Shown in pieces: positions 1 to 12,904 of a stretch of DNA of 64,000 nucleotides (the first letter of the stretch is position 1; each line of letters begins with the position of its first letter). The notes under the pieces are model-generated. The model was not told the origin of the DNA, did no database searches, and saw only the letters and a program-made list of their open reading frames with translations. This stretch comes from Pavona decussata (Eukaryota), in the NCBI GenBank assembly GCA_977016875.1, contig CDRNST010000175.1:496001-560000 (forward strand), read 5' to 3'. The translations under genes and the position numbers were made by a program.

Positions 1-3000
1 CCAAGTGAGATCAGGCCTCCGTATGTAGTAAGTCACAAATGTTGAGTTTATTCACAAATGAGGTGGAGTCGACCCTTAATTCTTTCTTCTAACAACTACT
101 GCTTGTCGTTTTACTTTACAAACGATCAAGTTACTTTTTCTTATTAATTATTACTAATTTTTATTATTCTTTGTTTCCCTGATGCTATCGATTAAGAATT
201 TCTCTCAGTAAAGAAAAATGCGAAAACTTCCCCCTTGGAATAAAATGTGGCATAAAAACAAAAGAATTATTTATATATAACTGAAAAAAGTCGCGCATCA
301 GAAGCAGCTCTCGTCGCGTTTTATTTATTTATTTATTTATTGAGAACGAGCAATTATTGAAAGTTAAGACATGAATGACTTTCATATTTACTATCTTTCC
401 CTATTTTTTTTTTAGTTCCAAGCTTCTGTTGACGCAAATGGTGTTTATACAGGAATGCAACCACTTACAATGTAAGTTAAGTCCAGAAACGAAGAAATTT
501 GATTTCTTTTTTCACTATATCTTAGGTCATTTGAAAAGTCCATCGGCCCCAATCGAGGGGCATTTCTTTTTTATTTTCAAAAATACCAATATCCACCAGT
601 GAAGGCTTTTGGACAATGCCGGAAATGATTGATGCATAAGTTATCAAACACTATTTATGTCCAGTGTAATATGTCTTGGCTCCTTCGTGGCAGTTGGAAG
701 GTAACCTGCTAACATTTTCCTTTATTGTCACGCAGGCGGCCACGATGGATAACCAGATCAACTCAAACTCAGGCTGATGTTTCTGTTGCTGGGCAAGTTT
801 CATCTCAGGTATAACATTATGAATACATACATTATGTATGACAAACTCTACATAATATACTTCCGCTATCGATCCACTTTTCCTTCTCATTAAAGATGCA
901 TTTGTAAAGTTATTAAAATACACAAAAACTGTTCTCGACTCATACTGATCTTAATCACAAACTAACCCAATTAACAATATATTGAGAATTTAAAAAAGTG
1001 TTGTTCTTGTATTGTTTTAATACTTTCGATAATTTTTTTTTCTCTATTGATTTTTACTGTATGTACATTTTGTTGGTTTTCCTTTTTTTTTTGTTTAAAA
1101 GTATGTTCAACTTGTGTAACTATCCATTTCAGAATACCCACGAGGCTGCAGCAAAGCGGCAAGATTACAAAATCAAAACCCTTCAAGAACTGGTGATGTA
1201 AGTACATTAAAAGTTAGTTTCGCTACATTAGTCTTACTTTGCGTTTTGAAAAAATGAAAATGGCTGATCCTAACTAAGTGAAAATCAGATCGGGATTGTT
1301 TCGAAACGTTTTATCTCATTATGTAGTAAGTTTTACTTTAGGAAATTAAAAAGAAATATAAAAAATAATCGCGTCTTGACAATCAAAGGAAACTGAGTGA
1401 AACTGAGTGAAATCAAATTTGATGCCTGAAAATGAACAGGAGTGCAAAGCAAAGACAATGGGTAAAAGCTAAGACTCAGTTTTGTAGTGTACGTATTTTT
1501 ACGCATTGATTTATTTTGGTTAAGGTTTCTTTGGAACTTATCATGAATGTAATGAAGTATTGGGAAACATATGGAGAAAAAAATGATGATGAGAACAACA
1601 ATAGGAGTTAATATCTATTAGATTAGTTTCTGCCAGATAGTTTTGCGCTGAAGGTTAAATTCGAATTCTCTATGTCTTGTATTGGTCTAGTTAAAAGCAT
1701 GGTAGATACGATCTTATATATTTCTTTTTATCCACAGAGAATGGAAAGAGAAGCTGGAAAAAGAAAGAGAAGAGTATGCGTTGAAATTGAAGCAACAATC
1801 AAACAAAATCCAGGCTTTGGAGATGAAAGACAAGCAACACAAAAAGACGGTATGAAGTGAAAGTAATAAGATAATTTTACCTTAATAAAATGGTAAACTA
1901 GGATTTATGCCTGATTCTACTTGAAATATACCAACTCTTGTTTTTTTATGTGGTCCAACAAATGTGTGCTCCATTAAGTCTTAAATATAGACATTTGTTT
2001 TATGCCAGAATATTAACTAAAATTGGATTCTCTTGTGTTTATTTTATGCCCTTAGTAAAGATCTGTCGATCACCTCTCTCTCTGAGCTAATATATGTTTG
2101 GGAGGTGAGGGTGGGGGGGGGGGGATGTGGATGTAGGGAAAGGTCACCTCCCTTTAACTGAACAGTGTAAGAAAAGTATCGTATCTCTGAACTTGGTTTA
2201 AACGTTCCTACCGAAAATTACATTGGCGACCGTCAGATTTGTCAACGACTGAGAGATTGAGTGCGCGCGACTTCTCAAATCTAGTTTGCGTGCTTGTGTC
2301 TGCGGTCCTTTGTTTGCTGGTAAAAAACGGGAAAGAGAGAGGGTTCTGGGGATGTGACTGGTTTGAAATTGAGAGTGGACGTACTTGTACTCAGATTTGA
2401 ACGTCCATAATATCATTCCTGAGACGATTGAATAATCAACAACTATCTTACAGAAAGAAATCTCAGATTCAAACAAGTTTGCTTCGATCATGTTATGTCA
2501 GCTAGTCAGCAAGACAAAACGTTTTTTCTATTTTCACAGATGATGGAACAGACGGAAGCGAGAAAGATGGCCGAGGATATGTAAGACATTTTTTTTCTCT
2601 TTTCTTTTAATGAGCCTTATTTGCTCTTTCTGATGTTTGATTTTTTATGTATGACCTCAGATGATTGTGCGTATGGTGCTTGTCCTGTAAAAATGTTCAG
2701 ACGTTCTTTTCTTCCTGTGTAAAGGTGTAAAAAAACCAACGAGGAGAAACAGGCGTTAAATGCGATGATACAATCTATGGAGAAAGAGGGCTGCAAAGTT
2801 AACCGACTACTGAAGGTAAACAGTTTTGATAGATAAATCAACTGAAATTAGCTCATTCAATCAGCATGTCTTGATTTTTGGTTTGTCACTTGTAATAGAC
2901 AATTACTATGATTGTGTGCTTCTACCATTCTCGTGTAAAACAACAAAGGTTGATAATTTAAATCACCTGTTTCAACTAAATTTATGTTGAAAATATTTTT

Positions 3001-6000
3001 CGATGATTCCCCAAATCTTGTCTTTGTGATTAAACTAAACGCAGAAAAAATTAATATCCTATCAATAAAGAGTCTATTTTTCGAAATGAATCAATCAAGT
3101 TCTTTCTTTGTAGACAAAAGAAGCCGATTTGTGTAGAGCCGACAACCAAATTACCACCTTGAAGTCGGACTTCTCGGTTCTGTGGAAGGAAAAACTAGAA
3201 GCAAACGACGAAATTGCTGTTCTTAAGGTGGAGTGTAAAAAGGTGAGTAAAACCTTTAATGGTTTACCTATCGACATGAAATCTGAAAAGTTTGCGCAAT
3301 TCCGAAATCATCAATATACCCGAAATGACTAAATGAGTGAATAATGTAAAACAATAAAATGAAGAAAATGCATGTTTTGAGCGTTCTTTTGTCGAAGGGA
3401 GCAAAATTTAATGTCCTCAATACTACAAACAATAATGTGAATTCTCTTTTTGATTTGGACTGGTATCCGCTCGGATAGATGTGAAGAGGTACTCAACGAT
3501 AAACTGATGACGCGATTAAAACAAGATTCGGGGAAAAGAACTTAAGTCTGACGGCCAAGTGCGTCACTAGAGAAACGTACCTTTAAATACAGGTTTGACT
3601 GACTCACGCCTTCTTACACTGCCAGGACAAATAAACCAATCCTAATGTCTGCCTCGAGTTTCTCTTTCCTCAGAACTGAGATATCCGACTCCAAGGTAAA
3701 GTTTGTTGCACTGGATTTGGATATCACAGTTCTGAGAAGGGAACATAACATTCGTGCTAGGAGCGGACTGCCGAACTTTACTCACGCCTTGAGAAAACTG
3801 AGCAATTTCGATGCTTTCTTTGAGTTGATATTTAAAAAATTAGGTTTGAGCCGACATAGATTTATAAATAAAAAGAGGCAGTGATCAGTCGTAACAACAA
3901 TGGTTATTCCGTTTACACTTCTTTTAGAAAAAAGTGGGATAAATTTGTACTTAATTTCCTTTGCTAATACCATTTCCATCCATTACCGTGGGCAAAACCA
4001 TTTCTAAATATTCACGTCCACTAGAATAGTATTGTCTAGAATAAGAACAGTGGAACTCATGTCTAAAGTGACTTTATAACCAATGTTTTCCTTGTATCTT
4101 TTTTAATCAAGTTGGAAGACCTGGTGCGAGTCAAGACGATCAAGGAATCGTAAGTTAATTTCGCTTCGTTGAAAAAATGGTATAACGTAAGAGAATAAAA
4201 TCCCATAATCAATACTTTGTATTTTTTCAGGCTTATTTTTGCTTTTTTGTAATTCCATCTTGAGTAACTTAAAACATCACAGTAATGCGCGATCCACTAG
4301 CTAAACAAGAATCATGATATAATTCCATCATCTGCCAACATGCCTGTAAATTTTTGTTGCAATCGACTTCAGAAATTCAGAGATGTGACGGCTTAGTAGT
4401 AAACACCTACCAAGAAAATTTGGCTTCTGAATTTATTGAAGGCAAGATAAGGTAGGGTAGTACCTCCATGAAGAAATTCTTAAGCCAATTTCTGAGAAGG
4501 TGTTTTCTTGTAAATATTCTGAAGTCGATTCCGTTGAAACTTTATAGAATTGTAAAACTGTGCCCTCTGTCTTGGTACCTCGGGCAAAATTTTTTCCAAA
4601 ACGGACCTCCCGGCCGGTGAATAACATATATTTCTTTCTGCCTACTCAGTCAAGACATTAACAAACCATTGCCCTATTTTCATCAACAGAAATACTGAGA
4701 CAATAAAGGAGTTGGAAGATCAGGTAATTTTACAGTGTAATGTAACAAAGGCAAATGTTCCGATGATATTGACTTTGTTTACGGTCACTTCAAGTTAATG
4801 AATAACACGGAATATGTTTTAACTATGTTAAAGTAGCTTACTCTTACCATTTCTTGTTCAAAGCCATTCTTGTTATTATTGTCATGTGTTGTTACGTTGA
4901 TAGATAGAGAGAAGTAAACGATTTATTTACCATCGGTGGTAATATTGAACATAATATTAAATCATTTTTCCCTCGTAAATTTTAGGTCACCTTTTACAAG
5001 TCCGGTTACGAGAAAGCCACGAAAAAGTGAGTAAAATTAGTCTTGAAACCTTTTTAAAAATTTACGCCTAGTCTTGTGTAGGAGGTAAACTCCATGTTTT
5101 ACTCTTTCCCCCAGACATGCGCAAAAAGCTCTCAGGTTTAGAACAGGAGACTAGTTTATTCCATAAGGCATGAACATGCAGTAACCTGCAATTTTGTGAT
5201 TGCTGAATTCTAGAAACTTATGTAAGCTACCAAATTTAGCTTTCTATTATGTAAAACGTAATTAGTCCTCTACGGAAATTTCTAGAATTATGGAGTGAAA
5301 GTGTGTGCTGTAGACACACACGAATCTTCGCTTGGGAATACTTTGGTTACGCGAACGGTATCTTGACACCGTGTTGTCTACAACAAGAGCTATTGACAGC
5401 TAAATTTCTCTTCTTGTCAGTAGCCACTTATGGCTTTTCTGTAATGTTGATGCATATTCTCGAATCCACCGAGACCAGATTGGTATTGAAGAGCGTTGAG
5501 GGCTTTAAGGAATTAACCTTAAGATAATACTGAAATGAGCTTTCTTTGTAACTCAAGATAAAATCTCTTTTTCTAGGTTGAGCGAATCTAGTCAGGTGAA
5601 AGAGTCCCTCGCACAACAGTCTGACTCGTGTAGAAATAAATTTGAAAAGATCAAAGAGGAAAAAGACACGATTTGTGAACAGGCTGAAATAGAGAAGGCT
5701 GCTATGTCTAAAAAGATACAGACGCTGACAAACAAATGCTACAGAAAAGAAAAGATTATTGAGGTAAAGATGACAACTTGAGGAGTTAGCTTTATAATAA
5801 AATGGCGCAAATTGGAGTGGTTTATATTGAGAGCACAGCCGTGAGCCATTTTCAAGCTATCAGTCAAGACAGTTAAATTAAATTTCTTTGCAGTAAACAA
5901 TCCTTACCATCATTTCAATGTAGATAGTCTCTTGACAAGAGTCATAAGCGCCCAGAAGACTAATTTACGAACAACTTGAAACCACTGCTTCACGACTTGA

Positions 6001-6925
6001 AACATAGAAAACCATAGGAAAGTTTTGCTAGCGAATGCCTTATTGAATTTTGTCCACCAATTCGGACGGCACGTTTTAGCCTCGAGGAGGTCATTTTATT
6101 CTTTCTATCCCCACCGTGCATCTCTAGACAGCCAGTTTCTTCTTTGTACTCCTGTATGAGGTTCAGCCTTTTTTAAAATTACGAATTAATAATTCTTCGT
6201 AGGAATGTTTCTCATTTCTCGTTTCTTTCATTTATTAGACTGAGAAAGCAGCACATGATGAACTCGAAAAGTAAGTGGACTTCAGTTGTCGTTCGTTAAT
6301 TAAAGAGAAACAAATTTATTTTTGTGTTCTACTGTACGCATGTTTTGGTTCTAGTCAAAGCCTTTTTTTCTTAATTAAATAAACTTCTCTCAAAACCATA
6401 AGTTTGTTGATATAGGGCTACAACCCGGATAAAATGGACAAGAAAAAATGGCTTCTCAGAATGGGAACGATTAAATAGTTCACTAACTAAAAAAACTAGA
6501 TTTTCAAGAAATTATGACCAATTGTTAATTGTGACTTTTCACGTTCACTTTTCTTCCATGGGGTAGAATGTTAATTTTATTATTTTGCATTTTAATTCAT
6601 AGAAGCAACACAAAACTGAAAGAGGAACTGAAAATGTTGAGAAAGGAAAAAGAGTTGCTCTCTCAAGAGAACAGTTTTCTAAAACAAGAGGTGGGTAGCT
6701 TCATTCTGACATTGATACATGACCGTCGTCTTCTTTTTTGTTTTTACCTCTTCTCTAGTTTATTGCCGCACTATCAAGTACCTAAATACTGTTAATACTT
6801 AAGCATTTTTATTATGATTTTATTTTCAGAATAACAATCTTCGGTATTATGGCGGAGTAATCGGGAGCATCCGAAGAGTGAGGCGTTTCCTTAGCAGTCT
6901 TGCTGAGCGCCTAATCCTGTTGTAA
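1..6925 (+). CDS. Gene A: uncharacterised long coiled-coil protein, 5'-incomplete, 15 exons visible (369 aa visible)
   Basis: Exons <1-27, 416-471, 736-808, 1133-1197, 1738-1849, 2540-2580, 2725-2815, 3114-3242, 4112-4149, 4690-4723, 4986-5026, 5577-5763, 6239-6270, 6603-6690, 6830-6925. All have GT-AG junctions and splice into one open frame (...RPRWITRSTQTQ...EWKEKLEKEREEYALKLKQQ...KLKEELKMLRKEKELLSQEN...RYYGGVIGSIRRVRRFLSSLAERLILL*). Internal exon lengths match paralog B exactly. Confidence 0.88.
3601..3812. repeat. Intronic inverted copy of gene A exon 3114-3242, containing a ~68-nt hairpin (3669-3736)
   Basis: The reverse complement of 3601-3700 aligns to the 3' two-thirds of the 129-nt exon and its donor site (ACCTTGGAGTCGGATATCTCAGTTCTGAGGAAAGAGAAA vs ACCTTGAAGTCGGACTTCTCGGTTCTGTGGAAGGAAAAA, 32/39). 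Arms CTCAGAACTGAGATATCC (3669-3686) and GGATATCACAGTTCTGAG (3719-3736) pair at 17/18 positions. Confidence 0.85.
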
Positions 6926-7100
6926 ACTCGTTATACTGATACGGCTGGGGGGGGGGGGGGGTCCAATTGATACTAAAAACGTTTGCCGTGGTCTTGGGAG
7001 CAGAACTAGAAAACTTTCTGTGGGATTTTCACAGAAATGGAAAAAATTGCCAACTTATGAACACTTGAGATTTAACAACCAAAGTTCGTAATATTTTAGG

Positions 7101-7244
7101 AAACCAGCTCCTGTAATACTGAGTCAGAAAACCTGGTTAAACTAGCTTCTGTAATATTGAGTCTGAAACCCAGTTAAACTAGCTTCTGTAATACTGAGTC
7201 TGAAAACCTGGTGAAACCAGCTTCTGCAGCATTGAGTCTTAAAC
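7101..7244. repeat. Minisatellite, ~37-38 bp unit x ~3.8
   Basis: Repeated AAAC(C/T)AGCTTCTGTAATACTGAGTCTGAAAACCTGGTT-like units just downstream of the gene A stop codon. Confidence 0.85.
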
Positions 7245-8088
7245 AAGGTTACTTGAATCGCGTCACCAGGAAAAACAAGACATAAAATTAAAAAAATAAT
7301 AATGTCTCGTTTTTCCTGACATAAAAACGTGAAACGGTTATAATGTTAAAGCAACGGAATTTATATTCTGTTAAAAAAGATTAGAGATTGCAATCGTACA
7401 TGCCCAAGTGAAGAAATGTACGGTGTTGAAATGTCAGTTAAGCCTTTCACGCCCAGAGTGTAATCTTTGAATGAAATCCTAAATTGAGACGATTCGTATG
7501 TGAAAGCTACTGGGCATTGCTTTACTGGTGTCAGAAAAACATGGCCAGGTTTTCAGACAGAAATCCTTAGACAAGAAGTGTGCTTAAAACTACGTTAAAG
7601 AGTTCACTAATGCTTGAGCTAAGCTAGTTCTCAGGTGGTTCTAACCACAGTTAAATTCACATGGCAGTTTTAGCTACCTATGGGTAAAATTCCTCTAGAG
7701 TGATCATTCAAATGAAACCGGCTGGGTTCATTCATTTGGTGATATGCTGGCTTCAGGGCCACCCAACGAGAAAATTTAAGCGAATTAAGTGAAATACTTA
7801 GTAGAATGTCCTTTTCTATTTTTTAATGTCTTTTGGGATCCTTTAATAAGTTTATTTGAACAAGCTTTAAAACATTTTCCAGTATAGTTCGATTCGAATT
7901 TCCGAGGCATTAAGTTCACACAAACACAAATTTACCAAAAACAACCGTTGGGCGCCCCTGTCGCTTGTTATATTGAAGTGTTATTTTGTGAAAATTAAAA
8001 AAAAAAAACTGAGCAAAAAAATGAATTGTATTGTAAAAAGAAAAAAAATTGATAAAAGAGAAGAAAAGGATAGCCACAAAAAAAAAAA

Positions 8089-8117
8089 AACAACAACAAC
8101 AACAACAACAACAACAA
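8089..8117. repeat. (AAC)n microsatellite following a poly-A run
   Basis: Direct reading. It explains the poly-C, poly-T and poly-V spurious ORFs at 7916-8184. Confidence 0.95.
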
Positions 8118-10360
8118 AAACCACACACGCACAAAGAGGCAATGCAATTTCTTCATAAATGAGACTATTTAGAAAAAGAACCACTTCTTTGCCAATATGA
8201 TTCTGGTCCCGGTTTTTTTCCAGTCACATGTTAAATCTTCAAGGTTTTCCAAGATTGGTTTTGACTGTTATATTTTTGCCTTCAGTTTAAGAACTTTGGT
8301 TGTTAAATCTCAAAACGTTTTTGTCAGGGAAATATGATGTCATTCTTCTGCTATCCTTAGTTAGTTTATATACATATTTAATCTAATAGAGCGCTAGTTT
8401 AATTAGAGTCTTGTAGGACACTACTAAAATATTACTACTGAAAATTACAAGAATGAAGAATACAGAATAAACAGATATAGAAACTAACTTATAGCATGAA
8501 CTGCTGTCTAGCCTTGATAAAAGCGAATTAAATGCGCGAGCGCAGTTTATGCGAAAACTACTTGTAGTTTTCGGGTAAATCAGAAAACTGGGCGAAGCTT
8601 TTTGAAGATTTTGTTGTTTACAACAAGCAAGACGCGGCTAAATTAAAAACGTGAGCTTCTTCGGCGAACTTGAGAAAAACACTTTTCTGAACCGCTCTAA
8701 TCACTTAACGCAACTTCCACTACGCTTTGATTTAAATACAGTCATTGCAAACCTAGAGAACATGGGGTTAACTCGTGGTTGAGAATTAGCCCAAATTTAA
8801 CTGTTAGCTGAGAAATGGCAGTTTTTTAACTGATAGCTGAGAAATGTTAAGAAAACTGTTAGTTGAGATGTCTAAACTTTGTCTGAGTTTAGAGTAAATT
8901 TTATTTGTAATTACTGAACTTGCCGATAACTGTATAGAGAATAAACTGCAGACGAAAATCACTCGGAGCTAAATTGTTTGTAGAAGTCGTGAGGTCGTCA
9001 GAGGGCAGTGGTAAGCAATAGGTGTTTTCGCTTGGGAAAATCCGTGAACCGTTTTCATGTGTTGTTTTTTTGTGGGGGAGGGGGGGGGGGGTGGGGAATT
9101 CGAAAATAGATTTCAGATCCAAGAAATACCTCTCTCGAAATGAATTGTAGATTAATAAAAACATGTGAGAAGCAAAAGTTAAGGCAGATCCGTAAATAAT
9201 CTGATAGCTGAGATCTGGCCAAAAGTTTACCATTTCTTTCATTCTATCAGGCTGCAAACCGGAAATTGATCTTTATAAGTGTTCGTGCAGTTTTATACAG
9301 CAAAAGGGTTAAACACTTGGTGACCCTTTCACCTTATCAGTAGAGCATCAGCGGCAGAAACCTATATCCTTCATAAATAGTCGAAAGTTGGCATTTATAT
9401 CTCAGTCAATTTTAAACGTGAGCACCAACCCCCGTCCCCCGTCCCCCTTCTTTCCGGGCATTTGCTGGCCATTTTCTCTCCAGAGCAATGCAAATTCCCC
9501 ACGGTAGGGTCGGCCAATAAACCTAAAAACCCCACAGTACACGCTTAGAAGGTCTTAGAAAAGCGTCTAAAAAAGCGTCCACGGGACGAGACTAAAAATA
9601 AATTTTCTTGTAAACAAACAAAAAATTTGAATTGCAAACAGGAAAATAAATACAGTTAAAATGGTATTTTATTACCAAAAGAAGAACTTTTAACGTTACT
9701 TTACTCACGGCATTATAATTATGAATATCATTTTATAATTCATATGAAAAGAGCTGCCTTGTCCTTCTTACAGCTGTTCTTACTACAAAGAGGGTCGTAC
9801 AGGGGGGGTCTCTTGCACGGTTCACGAACAGAAAAAATAGCAAATCACGGATCACAGAAATGAAAATTTCGTTTTCAAGCTCTTCACGGGTCACGCAAAA
9901 CCTTCAGGTCACGGATTACGAAGACGCGCGGACCGTATGGCAGGTATTGGCCAAGAGAGTAGACCCACCACAAGTCCACTGGCCTTCAATGCTTAGTTGT
10001 TCAACGCATTCAACATCTATATATTAAGAATCAAGTCATAATCAGGATTAGCGCCTACAACGACGATACTGTGAAGATGACAGTGCCACTCGCGCCCGAA
10101 CCCGCTACAAAGTTCGGCAAACCTTCGTACTGCTGTGCATGTCTGATCGGCCGACACGAATTGGAGCTTCTGTGGTCACTCAACCGAAAATTACCCAAAA
10201 CTGGTACCCCCGGCATATGCATATATGCATCGATAATGATATCACCATAATTGTACTTGGCAAAATAAAAGAAACAAATGTTTATAAAGAACACTCTTTG
10301 TAAATTTAGCCTGGGAAATATAACTTTTAGGTGTAAAAGAAAGAAACCCGCCAACGGCCG

Positions 10361-10849
10361 GCCCGGGCAATTTTTTTTTTTTACGCCCACTTCAAGATGG
10401 CGGACAGTTACCGTGATAGACTGGTAACTAGCAAGTCAAGTAGAGTAACACAACATTACTTCCGGTAAATTCGCGATCGCTTTCGCGTGTTTCCATGGCT
10501 TCTCAAGACGTTGTTTTTACCTGTTTTTACACTGAGACACCAGACATCATTAGCGAAATGTAAATTTAATGAGCTGAGATCAATTAAAGTGCGGATAACC
10601 TTGTGAAGAATACTTCTCAAATCGCCTCCGAACATTTTTATAGTCTTTAGTGTATCGAGCCCCTTTCTACGGAAATCCAACCTCTACTACCTTTAAAAAA
10701 TATGTCTCGAACTTTTATAGTGTCACCATTCCTCGAGTGCAGTTCAAAGCTCAGATGACATTTTTCTGGTGGGCGTAAAACGAAATCGATTTTCATTTTA
10801 CGCCCACTTTTTGGGCCCGCGGAAACTAACGAGAAAACTGGGCATGAAA
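10361..10849 (+). repeat. Left terminal inverted repeat (~490 bp)
   Basis: Reverse complement of 16937-17425. Contains repeated TTTTACGCCCAC motifs, an internal palindrome GTGGGCGTAAAA...TTTTACGCCCAC, a YY1-type CAAGATGGCGG and an ETS-type ACTTCCGG. Confidence 0.92.
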
Positions 10850-10963
10850 GATTACAAGAAAAGGGACTTGAAATGAATTAAGACATAAATGTTGAACTCT
10901 GGAGAGTACAAGTTTGTACGGCTCGTTTCAATACGGACAGCTCCTTATACAGAGGGTAATCAA

Positions 10964-12651
10964 TGTTGGTTTTGAAACGTGATGTATTTTACTTCATTTT
11001 TTATTCTTTATTTTTGGATGATACTATGCTTTAGATATTACCGCGTAATTGTTCTTTTATCAATTACTGATTAGCGCTCACACCTTACCGGTGGTTGACT
11101 AGCCCATAGCTGCTATGTCCGTTAGGGAAATGCGAAAGTCTCTAGGTTTTTCTGCGCACGTACGCCTTTGTTAGATAAGCAAGCTTTCAATTCAGTTAGA
11201 TCAGTTCTGGTGTAGAGTCTACGGTGTCAACTACTACTACTCGGCAATCGGGCCACTCAACTCTATCTACACTGGTATCAGTCTTCTTTATTTAGTGCGT
11301 GTGCAAACCAAAGTGAGTACTGTCTTTTTCTTGTTTTTAGTTTTCTGTAATTCGGTTTATCGTTACTAGTTTCAGTCCTAGATTTTGTTCGTTATTAGAT
11401 TTTAGGAGTATCGTTGCCAATTTAGTTTTCGTATACTCGGAACGCTGTATTACTATTTTCGCTAGGTTTATATCATCAAGTAATTAGTTTTTATTGGTCG
11501 TAAACTGTTTAAGGATCGACTATCACTACATGCATGGTTTCTATCGTATTACTTCAATTTGTTACGCACTGTAGTAAGCTCAAGCATGTTAAGGCATGGC
11601 TCAAGGCCATATCTGGGTAAAAAATAGAAACAATTATAACTCTGCATAAATTTACTGAAAGACCATCAAACTTGGTAGCGACACAGAACTTGATGACCTT
11701 AACTCAATTCCACCCTCGCGACCTAAAAATAGATGTCACGTGACCGGTTATGATTGTTTCTTTGCTCAAACAGAAAATAGAAAATGGGGTGCCGAGTTTA
11801 CATATAATGAATATCGGTTAGAACGTTTCTCTTATTGCATGGTTATGCCTTATATGAATCTGTCCGGAATGGTTGACTCCAATATTTAGTTAACGGATTA
11901 TTTAACAAAATAGGTCACGTGACTTATTAAACTTCTTAATAACATTTTAATAAAACCAAAACCTATTCCATTCAGGACAGATTCAGTTTCTATATGATAT
12001 AAGTTACAAACACACATGCTATGCTCCGAGTCAGAATGAACCATTCTTGCCCCATCTGATAATTTCTTTTGAGCGCAATAGTGACGTCATCAAACACGTG
12101 ACCACTATTCTTATGCCCTAAGGAATCTAAAGTCGTTGTAATATGTCAATTACAAACTTATGGTCACTCTGGGTGATTAAAGAAACATCGATTTCAAGGA
12201 TAGGTGGTCATAAATTCGCGGGGGGTCTTAAGTAAAGAATGAACCATGCCTTAACATGCTTGAGAAGTGCAGATTAGTATCTTTTAGTTTCACATGTTAT
12301 TGTATTTTTTAATTGTTAGTCTATCTTAATTTTATGCTTATATGCGTTAGTTAGGTTCGGTTGTTTTTCATTATTGTATTTCAGTTCGAACCGACACATC
12401 GACACAACCGACATATCATATCGTCAAATTGTCAAATCGTTACTCTGCAAGTTCGCAACTGACACTCGTCTTAATCGCTACGTGACCTGTCTACCTCAGT
12501 TGAACTTTGTATGGAACATTGACCTGTCTATTAAACTTTGTTTGCGTTTTAGTCAGAGTTTCTTGTCGAGTTCGTTTTTTACGCTACGCACTACTCTACC
12601 CGTGTTATTCATTTGGATCTTTGGTTTGGCATTCTATCCTTGTGAATTACA
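10964..12651 (+). mobile_element. Solo LTR (~1.0 kb after removing the nested MITE), inserted inside the long-TIR element
   Basis: Starts TGTT (10964) and ends TTACA (12651). Flanked by the 5-bp direct repeat ATCAA (10959-10963 and 12652-12656). ATTAAA near 12530. No internal gag/pol. Confidence 0.65.
11579..12264. mobile_element. MITE (686 bp) nested in the solo LTR
   Basis: TIR CTCAAGCATGTTAAGGCATGG / CCATGCCTTAACATGCTTGAG, a perfect 21 bp. 3-bp flanking repeat AAG. Confidence 0.85.
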
Positions 12652-12904
12652 ATCAAGTGCAATCAAGGTATGCAAAAAGCAACCAATCAAAAAACTTGTA
12701 AATAGAAAATTGTGCATGTGTTTACATAGACTGATGCAGACACTTGAGGGAGTTCGGGTACCCCTTTGCCTTGCATAAACTTTCAAATTCTCCCAAACTC
12801 CCTCAAATGCTGTTTGTAATTGAATGTGTGTTCCTTTAACCTTGTTAATCACAGTCACATCCTCTTACTTGTGATTCTTTAAGCTCAACCACTTGCCTAA
12901 ATTG

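Noticed and set aside
3674-3695. Apparent 22-nt micro-exon (TTCCTCAG|AACTGAGATATCCGACTCCAAG|GTAAAG) within the hairpin arm, with equivalents in the gene B array
   Set aside because: Inclusion would shift the frame, and the flanking exons already join in phase. It is better explained as part of the inverted exon copy, although a poison exon cannot be excluded without RNA-seq.
7101-7244. 37-38-bp repeats resembling a CRISPR array
   Set aside because: Units are contiguous with no unique spacers, the context is eukaryotic and there are no cas genes. It is a minisatellite.
7916-8184. ORFs with poly-Cys, poly-Thr and poly-Val
   Set aside because: Translations of an (AAC)n microsatellite and A-runs.
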